64,000 nt of DNA, taken from positions 95-64,094 of the IMG/VR virus record IMGVR_UViG_3300047463_000166; one strand, given 5' to 3'. The translations under genes and the position numbers were made by a program. Of this stretch, positions 17,477 through 28,156 are shown piece by piece. This DNA comes from a virus. Taxonomy: Duplodnaviria; Caudoviricetes. Within the stretch, counting starts at the first letter, position 1, and the number at the start of each line of letters is the position of its first letter. The notes under the pieces were generated by a model. That model was not told where the DNA came from. It made no database searches and saw only the letters and a list, made by a program, of their open reading frames with translations.

Positions 17477-19117
17477 ATGGAGCAGATTCTCGTAGAACAA
17501 TTTGCGTTGTTGTTTGCGGGACTAACAAGGGCGAAGGGTCGGTATGTATCAACTACCGATCCTTCGCAGTTGGTGGTCGGTGACAAAGCCAAAGGCAAAG
17601 CGACGACGCGGACTGAACCAGTCACGATTGACGATTACACAAAGCACCTTGCCGGAGAAATCGGCTTGGGGATTGTGCCAGTCCGCGATGATGGCACATG
17701 CGTTTTCGGGGCGATTGATGTCGATCAATATGCCGGTCTCGACCACCAGAAGCTCGTCAAAGACCTTGCAGAGCACGGCTTTTCAGCAATGGTCTGCCGT
17801 TCAAAAAGTGGTGGGGCTCATGTCTACTTCTTTATCCAAGAGCCAGGGATCAAAGCACCGATCCTCATTGAGTTACTCAAGAAGGTCCGTAGCCAACTTG
17901 GTATCGATTATCGTAAAGCGAGAGAGATCTTTCCGAAACAGACGAAGCAAGCGGCTGGCGGCATAGGAAATTGGATCAATCTTCCGTACTTCGGGGAGAC
18001 GCCTCGGAAAGCGATCAAAGAAGATGGTACGGAATACACCCTCGAAGAGTTCTTATCGTCTGTCAAGCGGCTCAATCCAGCGGATCTTGAGAAGAAGGTC
18101 GGAGACGACGAATTACTTCTCACTTCTGAGTTACCTCCTTGTCTTGAATGTCTTGTACGAGATGGAATACCAAACGGACAACGGAACGACGCGCTATTCA
18201 ACTTTACGGTTTTTGCTGCGAAGAAGCATCAGTTGGACCGAAAGAAGACTCTCAAGGTTCTGGACAATGTCAACATGAAGGTGTGCCAACCACCGACTGC
18301 AAGCCGTGAGCTTGCGACGGTGTTAGATAGTGTCCTGAAGCACGAATATAATTACCGATGCGATCAGAGCCCGATCGTTGATTACTGCGACAAGGTCAAA
18401 TGCGCCATGCGTCCATACGGACCAGCGGCGTCAATGCGGCCATCGAACATTCCTGAGATTAAGAAGATTGAAGTCCTGGGCGATGAAGTGGGAGAGACAC
18501 GGTACCATGTGACGCTGTCGAACTGCCCGAAGACGGTGGTGTGCGATGCGAAGGCGATATTTGATTACGATCTGCTTCGGCGTTGTACGCTCGACACTAC
18601 GCACGTCATGCTTCCGGCTGTGTCAAAGAAAGATTGGGACACATATATTACTGCACGGTGGACGGTCCTCTCGGAGAGCATCAGAATTGCAAAGGAACGG
18701 ACGAAGATCGGTATGATGGAAGCGTTGCTCGATCAGTGGCTTCGTCGGTATGTGAGCGACACTGAGATGGACTTCAAACTCGGTCGCCCATACCACCTGA
18801 ACGGTCAGATCTACATCAATCTCACGGACGCCTCACGGTACATCAAGGAAGCCTCGACAGGCGGGAAGATTGACCTGACCGGCACGGCAAGTTTTCTTGA
18901 GAACACTGGATGGGAAAAGACAGAGCTTCGACTTGGTGAAGGCGTACACACTCTCTGGACGAAGGTCTACGCTGATATCAAGCCCATGCCGAAGGAAGTC
19001 ACGAAAGCCGAGATACAAGAGACGATCGTTGAAATTCCCAAGGTCCACGAAGATCAGGCGTTGGTCACAGATTTGGATTGGTCGCAATTTTCACCGCAAC
19101 ACGAGGAGGAGTCATGA
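17477..19117 (+). CDS. AEP primase-polymerase with PriCT-like domain
   Basis: GAIDVD, SKSGGAHVY, GNWINLPY, PPCL...GQRNDALF, Cys cluster. Confidence 0.8.
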   Translation: MEQILVEQFALLFAGLTRAKGRYVSTTDPSQLVVGDKAKGKATTRTEPVTIDDYTKHLAGEIGLGIVPVRDDGTCVFGAIDVDQYAGLDHQKLVKDLAEHGFSAMVCRSKSGGAHVYFFIQEPGIKAPILIELLKKVRSQLGIDYRKAREIFPKQTKQAAGGIGNWINLPYFGETPRKAIKEDGTEYTLEEFLSSVKRLNPADLEKKVGDDELLLTSELPPCLECLVRDGIPNGQRNDALFNFTVFAAKKHQLDRKKTLKVLDNVNMKVCQPPTASRELATVLDSVLKHEYNYRCDQSPIVDYCDKVKCAMRPYGPAASMRPSNIPEIKKIEVLGDEVGETRYHVTLSNCPKTVVCDAKAIFDYDLLRRCTLDTTHVMLPAVSKKDWDTYITARWTVLSESIRIAKERTKIGMMEALLDQWLRRYVSDTEMDFKLGRPYHLNGQIYINLTDASRYIKEASTGGKIDLTGTASFLENTGWEKTELRLGEGVHTLWTKVYADIKPMPKEVTKAEIQETIVEIPKVHEDQALVTDLDWSQFSPQHEEES

Positions 19118-19578
19118 TCTACCGATATCGCAACATGAGTCTCAAGGATTGGTACTACGAGATCCGGCATCAGGTGCGTCGTGTCGCGTCGTTCTTCATT
19201 CGCGGTCGTCGCGGGTGGGCTCCGATGGATACGTGGTCGCTCGATCGACATGTACTGAAGATCATGTCTGAAGGGATGCGGCATCTGGCAGAGCACGCGC
19301 ACGGATTTCCTTCGTGGATACCCGAAGAGTATAACCTCGACACCAACGAGAATGGGGAAACGATCGACTCCGACGCGGCCTTTGAGTGCTGGCAAAAATG
19401 GCTGCATGAACAGGCGGACTGGATTGATTGGTACATTGCCGATGATCTCTTCATCTCTCCTGAGATGTCCGATTTCGAGAAGACGGCAGCAATCAACCTG
19501 TACGACAAGAAGTACAAGACGTTCAAGGAAGTCATTCTTCCGAACATCGTGAAGCACATTGACTCGTTGTGGGACTGA
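19114..19578 (+). CDS. Hypothetical protein
   Basis: RBS GAGGAG, ATGA overlap. Confidence 0.7.
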   Translation: MIYRYRNMSLKDWYYEIRHQVRRVASFFIRGRRGWAPMDTWSLDRHVLKIMSEGMRHLAEHAHGFPSWIPEEYNLDTNENGETIDSDAAFECWQKWLHEQADWIDWYIADDLFISPEMSDFEKTAAINLYDKKYKTFKEVILPNIVKHIDSLWD

Positions 19579-19749
19579 TATGAATTGGCATTGGCCGCAT
19601 AAAAATGGCAACAACTACGCGCCGTGGTACCGGATTATCCGGCGTGGGGTTTTCATCGTACCGACCGCAATCTGTGTTCTTGCGCTGGCGATGTGCGCGA
19701 CCTTGGGGTGGGGTTGGGCCGAAGGTCGTCGAGTGTGGAAGGAATTTGT

Positions 19750-21270
19750 ATGAAGCAGAACCGGATCAAAGTTTTCGGTCCTCCTGGGACCGGCAAAACA
19801 ACATGGTGTCTTGAGACGCTCGGCCATCACCTTGAGGCCGGAGACAAGGTCTTGTTCGTGGCATTCACGCGAGCGGCGGCAGACGAAGGCAAGGACCGGT
19901 TGCGAGCGAAGTTTGGCGAGGTACCGGCCAATGCAACGTGCAGCACGATTCACTCCCTATGCCTCCGGCTGCTTGGTATCCCGAAGGACTGCCTCTTCGA
20001 TCAGAAGTTCGTGAAGTGGAAGTTCTACCAGACGATCGACAGGATGGGACTCTCGAACGACAAGATTGCGGCGACACTGGAACTGTACAATCGGCTTCGC
20101 AATGAAGAGGCGTACGATCCGACTGTCTTGGACTACGCGAAGAACCACGGCGACATGAGTGATATTTACGACTCGATCGGCTTGAAGCAACTCTTCATCG
20201 ATCGATACGAGCAATACAAGACACAAGACGCGAGAGTGGACTTCACGGATCTCTTGTCTCGTGTGGCGAACGGAGAGGGTACCATCCCACAGTACGATGT
20301 GGTGATTATCGACGAAGCGCAAGATCTGACGATGCTTCAGTGGCGTGTGATGGAGCGAGTCTGTGCGTCTTCTCCTCACACCGTCTATGCTGTGGGCGAC
20401 GACGATCAGAGCGTGTACGAGTTTATGGGCGCGGCTGTGATGTATTTCCTCTCGTGGCCTTGCACGTCTTTGCAGGTGCTCGAAGAGACGTACCGGCTCC
20501 CACAGAATTTTCTTGATTACTCCATCAAATTTGCCGAACGGATTCACCACCGACAAGCCAAGAAGATTCACACAAGCATCTCAGGGAACGGGATTATCAA
20601 CGAAGGATCAATCACTGACTTCCTACCGTTCTATCGATATGCGACAGAATTGTACCTTGTACGGAACAAGTACATGCTGAAGCGCGTACAAGGTCTCATG
20701 GCGTTGAATGGTTTCCCCTACAAGGGAAAAGACTCGTTGTGGATGCGTAGGGATGTGCAGTCGATTGCCTCGTTGCTCGCATGGCGAACGAATCAGTTAA
20801 GCAACGGAGACTGGAAACGGCTTCGTTACTATATGCCCCCTGACCTTATCAGCAAGCTCGAAACCCTGTATCCGGCAGTGGCCGAACGTGGTTCTGAGGT
20901 TGCGCTTCCGGCTCTCGACAAGCTCTTCAAACCAGCGTTCTTCGAGGATGCGTACGATCAGTGGTGGAGACGGTTCTACCCGAACATGCCGAATGAACTC
21001 AAACTCACTGTTATGAAAGGCTTTAGAGAATTTGGCGTGGAGCGATCTTTACATCCTACACTGGAACTTTCGACTGTTCACGGCGCGAAGGGAAAAGAGG
21101 CCGATTGTGTCTACCTGTGTTCAGGATTGACCGAGAAACTCCGGCGTCTTGCAGACAGTGAGGACACGGAGCACAGAGTATTTTACGTTGGCGCGACACG
21201 CGCAAAGAAGGAATTGGTTCTCATATCTGATATCGACAACAGTTCACAGTATCCGTTTCCAAAACCATAA
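19750..21270 (+). CDS. UvrD/Rep-like SF1 helicase
   Basis: GPPGTGKT, AFTRAA, DEAQD, GDDDQS, STVHGAKGKE, YVGATRAK. Confidence 0.92.
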   Translation: MKQNRIKVFGPPGTGKTTWCLETLGHHLEAGDKVLFVAFTRAAADEGKDRLRAKFGEVPANATCSTIHSLCLRLLGIPKDCLFDQKFVKWKFYQTIDRMGLSNDKIAATLELYNRLRNEEAYDPTVLDYAKNHGDMSDIYDSIGLKQLFIDRYEQYKTQDARVDFTDLLSRVANGEGTIPQYDVVIIDEAQDLTMLQWRVMERVCASSPHTVYAVGDDDQSVYEFMGAAVMYFLSWPCTSLQVLEETYRLPQNFLDYSIKFAERIHHRQAKKIHTSISGNGIINEGSITDFLPFYRYATELYLVRNKYMLKRVQGLMALNGFPYKGKDSLWMRRDVQSIASLLAWRTNQLSNGDWKRLRYYMPPDLISKLETLYPAVAERGSEVALPALDKLFKPAFFEDAYDQWWRRFYPNMPNELKLTVMKGFREFGVERSLHPTLELSTVHGAKGKEADCVYLCSGLTEKLRRLADSEDTEHRVFYVGATRAKKELVLISDIDNSSQYPFPKP

Positions 21271-21284
21271 CGAAAGGCTCAAAC

Positions 21285-22016
21285 ATGTTTCCTCAAATTT
21301 GGTTATCTCCTACGACACTCAACATGGTGAAGGACTGCCACAGGTGCATGTGGGAACATATCCTGTGGAAGCAGAAGCGTCCACAAGGGCCGTTTCCGAC
21401 ACTACCTCGTGGGGTTGACGACGCACAGAAGACATACTGCGATCAGTACCGTGGTGTGCTTGCGCCGTCGCTCAAAGCTCTGGCCGCACAAGAGCCGTCT
21501 TTGATGGAGTACTCGCTTCACAAAGATCTGCGATGGATGAATAGCCTTCGTGACTGGAAGGGTGGTCTTTCTACGACCATCACTTTCGGGAGTCAGAAGT
21601 ACCGTGTCTCCGGTGCGGTCGATGATCTTCTCGTTCGTGACTCGGATGGAGCCCTGGCAATCCTTGATGGAAAGTCGAAGGCGAAGAAGCCGGAAGCAGG
21701 AGAAGGGCTCAAGTATTACGGGACACAGATGGATACGTACGATCTGCTGATTCGTAAGAGCGGTCTCGACTCAGCCGGTGTTGCGTATCTGTGGTACCTG
21801 GTGCCGGTGTCGATGGAAGATCGGGATATCTTATTGCCGAACCCTACCGTCAACATCGTGTTCGATCAGTTCGTGCAGAAGATTGAAGTCAGCGGTGATC
21901 GGTCGATGGCGTTGATCGAGGAAGTTCACAAGATGGTGGTTGACCACACAGACCGGACAAAGCCGCCAGCCGCAGGATCGAATTGCGAGTACTGTGCATG
22001 GGCAGGGAGGAGTTAA
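21285..22016 (+). CDS. PD-(D/E)XK RecB/Cas4-like exonuclease
   Basis: GAVDD...ILDGK, QMDTY, N- and C-terminal Cys (CHRC, CEYC). Confidence 0.8.
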   Translation: MFPQIWLSPTTLNMVKDCHRCMWEHILWKQKRPQGPFPTLPRGVDDAQKTYCDQYRGVLAPSLKALAAQEPSLMEYSLHKDLRWMNSLRDWKGGLSTTITFGSQKYRVSGAVDDLLVRDSDGALAILDGKSKAKKPEAGEGLKYYGTQMDTYDLLIRKSGLDSAGVAYLWYLVPVSMEDRDILLPNPTVNIVFDQFVQKIEVSGDRSMALIEEVHKMVVDHTDRTKPPAAGSNCEYCAWAGRS

Positions 22017-22017
22017 T

Positions 22018-22329
22018 ATGATTCGTGTACGTATCGCTGCCCAGTTATTTGAGCAGTGCCTCAAGTCCGGCTATAAGACCGGATACCTTCTTGAGATCAT
22101 TCAAGGACTCCCGATGGACTGTCAGCTTATTGATGCGAGCTTCGATAAGCAAGATGGGACGGTAACTTTGATGTTCTCTCAGCCGCGTGTTCCTGATACG
22201 CAGCTTGAGGATCTGAACATCTCTATCAAGTCGGTCAAGGCTAATCCTGTTGACCTTGAGAGAACGCCTCCAATACCACCGAAAGCAGACTACAGCAAAC
22301 TTCCGGTTGTTGAAAGGACGATCGGCTAA
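22018..22329 (+). CDS. Hypothetical protein
   Basis: RBS GGAGGAG. Confidence 0.6.
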   Translation: MIRVRIAAQLFEQCLKSGYKTGYLLEIIQGLPMDCQLIDASFDKQDGTVTLMFSQPRVPDTQLEDLNISIKSVKANPVDLERTPPIPPKADYSKLPVVERTIG

Positions 22330-24182
22330 TGGAGTACCAACTTCCAAAACCATTCGACCTCAGCCCACACGAGACAGTCTATCTCGATATCGAGACAACA
22401 GGCTTCGATATCTACAAAACTGATAAGCCGATTGGCATCTCTGTGGGCGTCGGAGGTCCGAACAATACGAGCGTCTTTCGGTACTATCCGATGCGTCACA
22501 ACGTCGGGCCGAACCACGATGTACGGCAGATCTATCAGTGGCTCTCGTCGTCATTGAAGAACAAGACGATCGTGGGCCACAACATCGGCGCGTTCGATCT
22601 TCCGGCCTTGCGCCACGATGGGCTCAACCTCATTGGGCGCGGCAACAAGTTCCGAGACACGATGCACGGAGCCATCATTCATAATCCTGACGCACCTGGT
22701 TACTCTCTGGACGGGTGCGCCAAGCGGTACCTCGGTGCGGATATCGGAAAGGTGTCGGGGCTCGACAAAGAGCGACTGGCCGACTACCATCCCTCAGAGG
22801 TTGGATCGTATGCAGAACAAGATACGAGACTCTGCTGGATGCTCGATCCTGTCTTGCAGGGATTTCTACGTAAGGGCGAGCTTCAGGAGGTCTTCGACCT
22901 TGAGTGCCGAACGATTGAGCCGGTGGTCGAGATGCAGGAGAATGGTCTCCTGTTCGATCACGCGAGAGCGAAGTCGTGGATAGACTTGGCTCAGAAAGAT
23001 CTTCGAGCCGCACAGGACGCAATCAGCGGAGTGAACCCGAACAGCGGTAAGCAGATGCAAGAAGCCTGTGACCGGATGGGGATCGTCTATCCGTGGAACT
23101 GGAAATGCCCGACACCAACCTGCGAAGAAGCCTACCCTGACTATAAGCATGAAGGGCAGACGCATCGGTGCTGGCGATGCAAGGTGGATCTTATCGCTTC
23201 GTCACCACATTTCGGGAAGAAGTTCTTGAAGCACATCGATCATCCGTTCGTCAAGAATCTCTTGAAGGCGAAGCAGCTTCACAAGCTCCTCAATACGTTT
23301 CTCATTCCGTGGGTGGAGAACATCGATCCGGCAAACCCTATTCTCCGGTTCCAGCTTCACCAGCTACGGGAGCGTGATGAGGCCGGTGCGTCGAGCGGGG
23401 CCGTCTCAGGGCGGTTCTCGTGCTCAGGGATGGGTGAAGGCGCACAACCTCAACAGGTGTGGTCAGTCGAAAATCAGATTGCAGAGATCGGGGATGACTA
23501 TATTCTTCGCTCGTTGTTCATTCCTGGGAACGGCAACAAGTTTCTGTCGGCGGACGCTTCACAGATTGAGTACCGATTCTTCGCACACTACTCCGACAAT
23601 GCCGACTTGATTAAGGCGTACAACGACAACCCGAAGATCGACTTCCACCAGTTCGTTGCCGACGTAGCCCTGAAGGGCAAGATGGTCCGCAAGAAGGCGA
23701 AGAATATCAACTTTGGGATCTTGTACAACATGGGTGTGGAGAAGCTGGCACGAGAAATGAACGTCTCTCTGAAAGAAGCAAATGAGATGATGGCGATCTA
23801 TAATGAACACTTTCCTGCGGCACGATCCTTGCGTGATCGATGCAAGAGGATGGCGCAGATCGGGGCTCCGACCGTCACCCTATACGGACGGCGGTTTGAA
23901 TGGCCGGAAGGACGAAGAAACAAAGCCTACGTCGCGCTCAACCGGCTTATCCAAGGATCAGCGGCGGACGTAATGAAGCTGGCGTTGGTAAAAGCATACA
24001 ACGGCGGATACTTCTCCAAGATGCGCCTCACGGTTCATGACGAATTGGACGGTGACATTCTGAGTGACGATGCGGCCAGGGCATTGAAGGCGGACCTCGA
24101 AGATCCGGCCTTCCTTGACAATCGTGTGAAGGTTCCCCTCTTGTGGGAAACTTCTATTGCTCATAATTGGAGTGGGAAGTAG
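22329..24182 (+). CDS. polA: Family A DNA polymerase with 3'-5' exonuclease
   Basis: DIETT, HNxxxFD, YAEQD; motif A DASQIEYR, motif B KNINFGILY, motif C VHDEL. Confidence 0.95.
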   Translation: MEYQLPKPFDLSPHETVYLDIETTGFDIYKTDKPIGISVGVGGPNNTSVFRYYPMRHNVGPNHDVRQIYQWLSSSLKNKTIVGHNIGAFDLPALRHDGLNLIGRGNKFRDTMHGAIIHNPDAPGYSLDGCAKRYLGADIGKVSGLDKERLADYHPSEVGSYAEQDTRLCWMLDPVLQGFLRKGELQEVFDLECRTIEPVVEMQENGLLFDHARAKSWIDLAQKDLRAAQDAISGVNPNSGKQMQEACDRMGIVYPWNWKCPTPTCEEAYPDYKHEGQTHRCWRCKVDLIASSPHFGKKFLKHIDHPFVKNLLKAKQLHKLLNTFLIPWVENIDPANPILRFQLHQLRERDEAGASSGAVSGRFSCSGMGEGAQPQQVWSVENQIAEIGDDYILRSLFIPGNGNKFLSADASQIEYRFFAHYSDNADLIKAYNDNPKIDFHQFVADVALKGKMVRKKAKNINFGILYNMGVEKLAREMNVSLKEANEMMAIYNEHFPAARSLRDRCKRMAQIGAPTVTLYGRRFEWPEGRRNKAYVALNRLIQGSAADVMKLALVKAYNGGYFSKMRLTVHDELDGDILSDDAARALKADLEDPAFLDNRVKVPLLWETSIAHNWSGK

Positions 24183-24955
24183 TGTATGAACTCATTCTCA
24201 TACTGGCGTTGAAGCAGACCGTTGCGGTCAAAACGACAGGGTATTGTCCGACGTATCCCTGCGTGAATAGGAATGCAGAACACGGCATTACAAAGAGTGG
24301 ACGTCGAGCTAGACGAGGGACTTGCGCGGCGGATTGGAAGATCTATCCAGCCGGTAGTATCTTCTTTGTCCCAGGATACGGCCTGTGTCGAGTGGAGGAT
24401 ACCGGTCGGCTCGTTAAAGGTCACCATCTCGACTTGTACTTCGACACGAGACAAGAAGCAGAACAGTGGGGCGTCAAACACCAATTCATTCGGAGGGTCA
24501 AAATGGATAGCACGTCTAAAGAATTTGAAACTCTTTTAGAAGATCAGTTCACCATTGGGAAGTGGGCGACCGAGAACTTCGGGAAGCCGAACATCTTGGC
24601 GGTGCTTCGTCGTTCGTGTGACGAACTACTCGAAGCGATGGAGGTCTGCGTCGTCGAGAACGAAGCGACCCGCACCATGTTCAAAGCGATGCGTTTAGGT
24701 TTAAGCCATTTGGACAAGTATGCCTTGTCGAATGAGCATCAGCTTAAACTCGTTGACGCGATCGGCTACGAACTAGCCGATTCGGAGATCGTAAACAAAC
24801 ACGCGGCGGCTGTTATGGGGATCGATCTGAACAGCTACGTTCAGAGGAAGATGGAGATCAACCGTCGCCGGACGTGGAAGAAGAACGCGGACGGCACCGG
24901 CCAGCACGTTGAGGAGGACATCATTCTGAACTCGATCGATCAGGAGGAAGCATGA
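24182..24955 (+). CDS. 3D-domain protein fused in frame to a DUF550/MazG-like dNTP pyrophosphohydrolase (internal start 24503)
   Basis: 3D: TGY..GIT.SG..AAD..EDTG..LDLYF; C-part: W..ENFG..DELLE..ELAD..KMEINRRRTW; internal GGAGG-N6-ATG. Confidence 0.75.
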   Translation: MYELILILALKQTVAVKTTGYCPTYPCVNRNAEHGITKSGRRARRGTCAADWKIYPAGSIFFVPGYGLCRVEDTGRLVKGHHLDLYFDTRQEAEQWGVKHQFIRRVKMDSTSKEFETLLEDQFTIGKWATENFGKPNILAVLRRSCDELLEAMEVCVVENEATRTMFKAMRLGLSHLDKYALSNEHQLKLVDAIGYELADSEIVNKHAAAVMGIDLNSYVQRKMEINRRRTWKKNADGTGQHVEEDIILNSIDQEEA

Positions 24956-26922
24956 CAAACAAAATTCTTAGGGATAAGTATATCAAGCAGTTCGACAACG
25001 CGAAGTTCGAGACGATCATGGGTGAAGTCACCTTCTGGCGTACGTACTCTCGCAGTATATGGGACGAGAACCGTAAAGAGCGGTGGAATGAAACGGTGGG
25101 TCGTGTCGTCAACGGTGTCTTCGATGTGCTCCGTACACACTGCGTCACACATGGGCGGAAGTGGGACAACGAACGTGCTGAACGTACGGCGCGAGACATG
25201 TTTCACCGTATCCTCAACTTCAAGTTCACCCCACCTGGCCGTGGCCTGTACGCGATGGGCACGGACGCGGTATCTGCACATGGCGGGGCTGTGCTGAACA
25301 ACTGCGCGTTCCTCTCGACACGAGATCCGAGACCTGATGTATTTGCCAAGCTCATGAACCTCACGATGCTTGGTGTCGGAGTCGGCTACGATACGCTCGG
25401 AGCAGGGAAGGCAGTGGTTGTTCCACCATCACCGACACTCACGTACACGAGCATTGAGGATACGAGACAAGGGTGGGTTGATTCGGTTGACGAACTTCTT
25501 GCATCATATTTTGCGGGTGGTCATGCGGCAACGGTTGTCTTTGATTACGGGAAGATTCGTCCAGCCGGTTTACCGATCAGACGTTTTGGTGGTGTCTCAA
25601 GTGGACCTGAACCATTGAGGAGATTGCACGATTCGTTGCGGGTGTTGTGTAATTCGTATGCGGGAAAGCGGATTGACAGCACGTTTATCGTTGATTGCTG
25701 CAATCTGATTGGTCGGTGTGTGGTTGCCGGTAATGTCCGGCGATCGGCGCAGATTGCCCTCGGACAAGAAGGTGATCGTGACTTCCTGTATCTCAAAGAA
25801 GACTTCAGCAAGGTCGCTGAATACCGTGCCTTCAGCAACAACAGCATCAGGGCGCACGTCGGTATGGACTATTCCGAGGCCGGACCTTTGACGGCTCGTA
25901 CAGGGGAACCTGGTTATTTCTGGTTGGACAATTCACGGATGTTTGGCCGGATGAACGGACAGGTCTCCGAGCGTACAGACTTCCTGGCGATGGGCACCAA
26001 CCCATGCAGTGAGCAGACTCTTGAGGACGGCGAACTGTGTTGCTTGGTGGAGACCTATCCCGCGAAGCACGACACACTGGACGACTATCTCAAGACCTTG
26101 AAGCTCGCGTACCTCTATGCAAAGGCTGTGACTCTCGTCAAGACCGGCTTCCCCGATACCGACGAGATCATTGCGCGAAACCGTCGCATTGGATGCAGTA
26201 TGAGCGGGGTGGTACAAGCCATTCAGAAGTTTGGCGCGACACAGTTTCTTCGGTGGTGCAATCGCGGATACGATGCGCTGACCGGCTTAGATGCCTCCTA
26301 TAGCGATTGGTTAGGCGTCCCTGAATCGATCAAGCGCACGTCGATCAAACCATCGGGGACGGTCTCGATCCTTGCCAATGCGAGTCCTGGCATTCATTAC
26401 CCACACTCTGAGTACTACATCAGGCGTGTCAGGTTTGCATCCAACTCTCCCATTCTGCCTCACCTGAAGCAAGCCGGTTACAACATCGTGCCGGAAGTAT
26501 ATGGGCAAGAGAAGGGAAAAGAGAACACGATGGTTGTGGAGTTTCCCATCCATGAGCCCCTCTTCTCGAAGGGGAAGGCTCAGGCGTCGATGTGGGAACA
26601 ACTCGCGCTCACAGCCGCCATGCAGCGATATTGGGCCGATAATCAAGTGTCTGTGACGGTTCACTTCACGAAGGAAGAGGCGAAGGATATTCCTTTGGCC
26701 CTTGAGATTTATCAGCACCAACTGAAGTCTGTGAGCTTCTTGCCGTACGATCCGCACCAGGTTTATCAGCTTGCGCCGTACGAAGAGATCACCAAAGAGC
26801 AGTACGACGCACTGGCATCGAACTTGCTAGAGGTAGTCTTACCGTACGACGTGGCCGACGCTGTACAAGAAAGTCAACCGAAGGGATGCGACTCGGATAC
26901 GTGCGAACTTCCAAAGGGGTGA
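24952..26922 (+). CDS. nrdJ: Class II (B12-dependent) ribonucleotide reductase, monomeric type
   Basis: RTYSR, PPGRGL, NNCAF, GNVRRSA, TNPCSEQ, KPSGT, C-terminal CDSDTC. Confidence 0.93.
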   Translation: MTNKILRDKYIKQFDNAKFETIMGEVTFWRTYSRSIWDENRKERWNETVGRVVNGVFDVLRTHCVTHGRKWDNERAERTARDMFHRILNFKFTPPGRGLYAMGTDAVSAHGGAVLNNCAFLSTRDPRPDVFAKLMNLTMLGVGVGYDTLGAGKAVVVPPSPTLTYTSIEDTRQGWVDSVDELLASYFAGGHAATVVFDYGKIRPAGLPIRRFGGVSSGPEPLRRLHDSLRVLCNSYAGKRIDSTFIVDCCNLIGRCVVAGNVRRSAQIALGQEGDRDFLYLKEDFSKVAEYRAFSNNSIRAHVGMDYSEAGPLTARTGEPGYFWLDNSRMFGRMNGQVSERTDFLAMGTNPCSEQTLEDGELCCLVETYPAKHDTLDDYLKTLKLAYLYAKAVTLVKTGFPDTDEIIARNRRIGCSMSGVVQAIQKFGATQFLRWCNRGYDALTGLDASYSDWLGVPESIKRTSIKPSGTVSILANASPGIHYPHSEYYIRRVRFASNSPILPHLKQAGYNIVPEVYGQEKGKENTMVVEFPIHEPLFSKGKAQASMWEQLALTAAMQRYWADNQVSVTVHFTKEEAKDIPLALEIYQHQLKSVSFLPYDPHQVYQLAPYEEITKEQYDALASNLLEVVLPYDVADAVQESQPKGCDSDTCELPKG

Positions 26923-26925
26923 TCT

Positions 26926-27144
26926 ATGGGATGCGGACCTAAAGCAGCGGAAGAGCGGGAAGAGACGCTGTACTACGAGCAGCGCATGGCGGCTTTGAGA
27001 AAAGTCACGCCGGAAACATGGGACACACTCATTGACGATGTGCAGCGTTTGCTAGACTCTATCGAGCACAGCAGCATCATGGGTATTGCCCGAAACGCGA
27101 TCAATGTCGCAGATAATCTCAAACTTATACGGAGGGTACGATGA
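26926..27144 (+). CDS. Hypothetical protein
   Basis: Operon context. Confidence 0.6.
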   Translation: MGCGPKAAEEREETLYYEQRMAALRKVTPETWDTLIDDVQRLLDSIEHSSIMGIARNAINVADNLKLIRRVR

Positions 27145-27332
27145 GAGCACAAATTATGATGGAGCGGCAAGTACGTGTACAGGTACCACTTGCTGACATC
27201 CTCGGTTTGATTGGGCTATGTGAGAAGAACTACGTTCTCCGCGACGTTAGGACTTTCCGTGGGATGCAAATGAGCGACGAACTTGTGGAGCTTGTCTTAT
27301 CGGAGGCATTGCCACATGAACCCCGAAAATAA
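27141..27332 (+). CDS. Hypothetical protein
   Basis: RBS GGAGG, ATGA overlap. Confidence 0.6.
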   Translation: MRAQIMMERQVRVQVPLADILGLIGLCEKNYVLRDVRTFRGMQMSDELVELVLSEALPHEPRK

Positions 27333-27864
27333 GTTTCGTAAATGGTTTCTTGAGCGACTCCAAAAGCACATGGCCCACTGTCATCCGAACACGAAGATCA
27401 CGGTGCAGAAACACGCGGACTACGCCACGGACGGCATCGCAGATATTGATTTGTCGATCAATGGTATGACATGCTGGCTGGAAATCAAACTTCTAACCAG
27501 CCTGAAGAAAGAAAGGAAGCTGCATGTTACGCCATTACAGCGAGCCTACCTTGAAGGACGTGCCAAAGGTGGTGTCCCAACGGGACTTCTTGTTGGCCTT
27601 GCTCTTGGGCCAAGAAAGGGGTATCTCGCTGCTCTTTTTGTCCCACCAATATCCGAGGTCGTTCACAGAGACATGTTCAGACAGTCTGAACACGTTATGG
27701 AGCAGATTTACTCGATGGCGTACACAGCGGCGAGAGCGTCAGCGAAAGCCTTCGAGTCTGATCTTACGGGTGTTCGACGTACTAATGATTTTGCTGATGG
27801 CGACGTTACTCGTCTACGCGATAGCGAATACGGAAGAGACGAAGCCGACGCCGATGGTGGTTGA
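27316..27864 (+). CDS. VRR-NUC/Holliday-junction resolvase-like nuclease
   Basis: E..F, GIAD, WLEIK, TPLQ pattern. Confidence 0.7.
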   Translation: MNPENKFRKWFLERLQKHMAHCHPNTKITVQKHADYATDGIADIDLSINGMTCWLEIKLLTSLKKERKLHVTPLQRAYLEGRAKGGVPTGLLVGLALGPRKGYLAALFVPPISEVVHRDMFRQSEHVMEQIYSMAYTAARASAKAFESDLTGVRRTNDFADGDVTRLRDSEYGRDEADADGG

Positions 27865-28156
27865 CCCTTGCAAGGTCGATTGGCAGACGTTACCTGATCC
27901 GATCGATATGGAGACGGACTATACGGCAGGACTACATATAAATCATTTCGATGTCAATGGCGATGGCACGATTGATTATTCTGTAGCCTTCCAAATCACG
28001 TACACGAGTGAATTGGATCTCGTGTATGATCTTAACCAAGTCCCACTGTTCGTCAAGGTGGGCACACTTATGGGGGTTCTCGATGAAGATCACAACACAG
28101 GGTATGTGGAGTGTAATCGTTACAGTCTTGACAGTAGCCGCACTACTCGTCACTGA
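27785..28156 (+). CDS. Membrane-anchored or secreted protein with DxNGDGxxD Ca-binding-like motif
   Basis: Hydrophobic N-terminus, FDVNGDGTIDY; start uncertain. Confidence 0.5.
   Translation: MILLMATLLVYAIANTEETKPTPMVVDPCKVDWQTLPDPIDMETDYTAGLHINHFDVNGDGTIDYSVAFQITYTSELDLVYDLNQVPLFVKVGTLMGVLDEDHNTGYVECNRYSLDSSRTTRH

Noticed and set aside
24503-24955. Z-genome (2-aminoadenine) pathway suggested by the DUF550-like gene
   Set aside because: No PurZ/PurA-like or DatZ HD-domain ORF recognised
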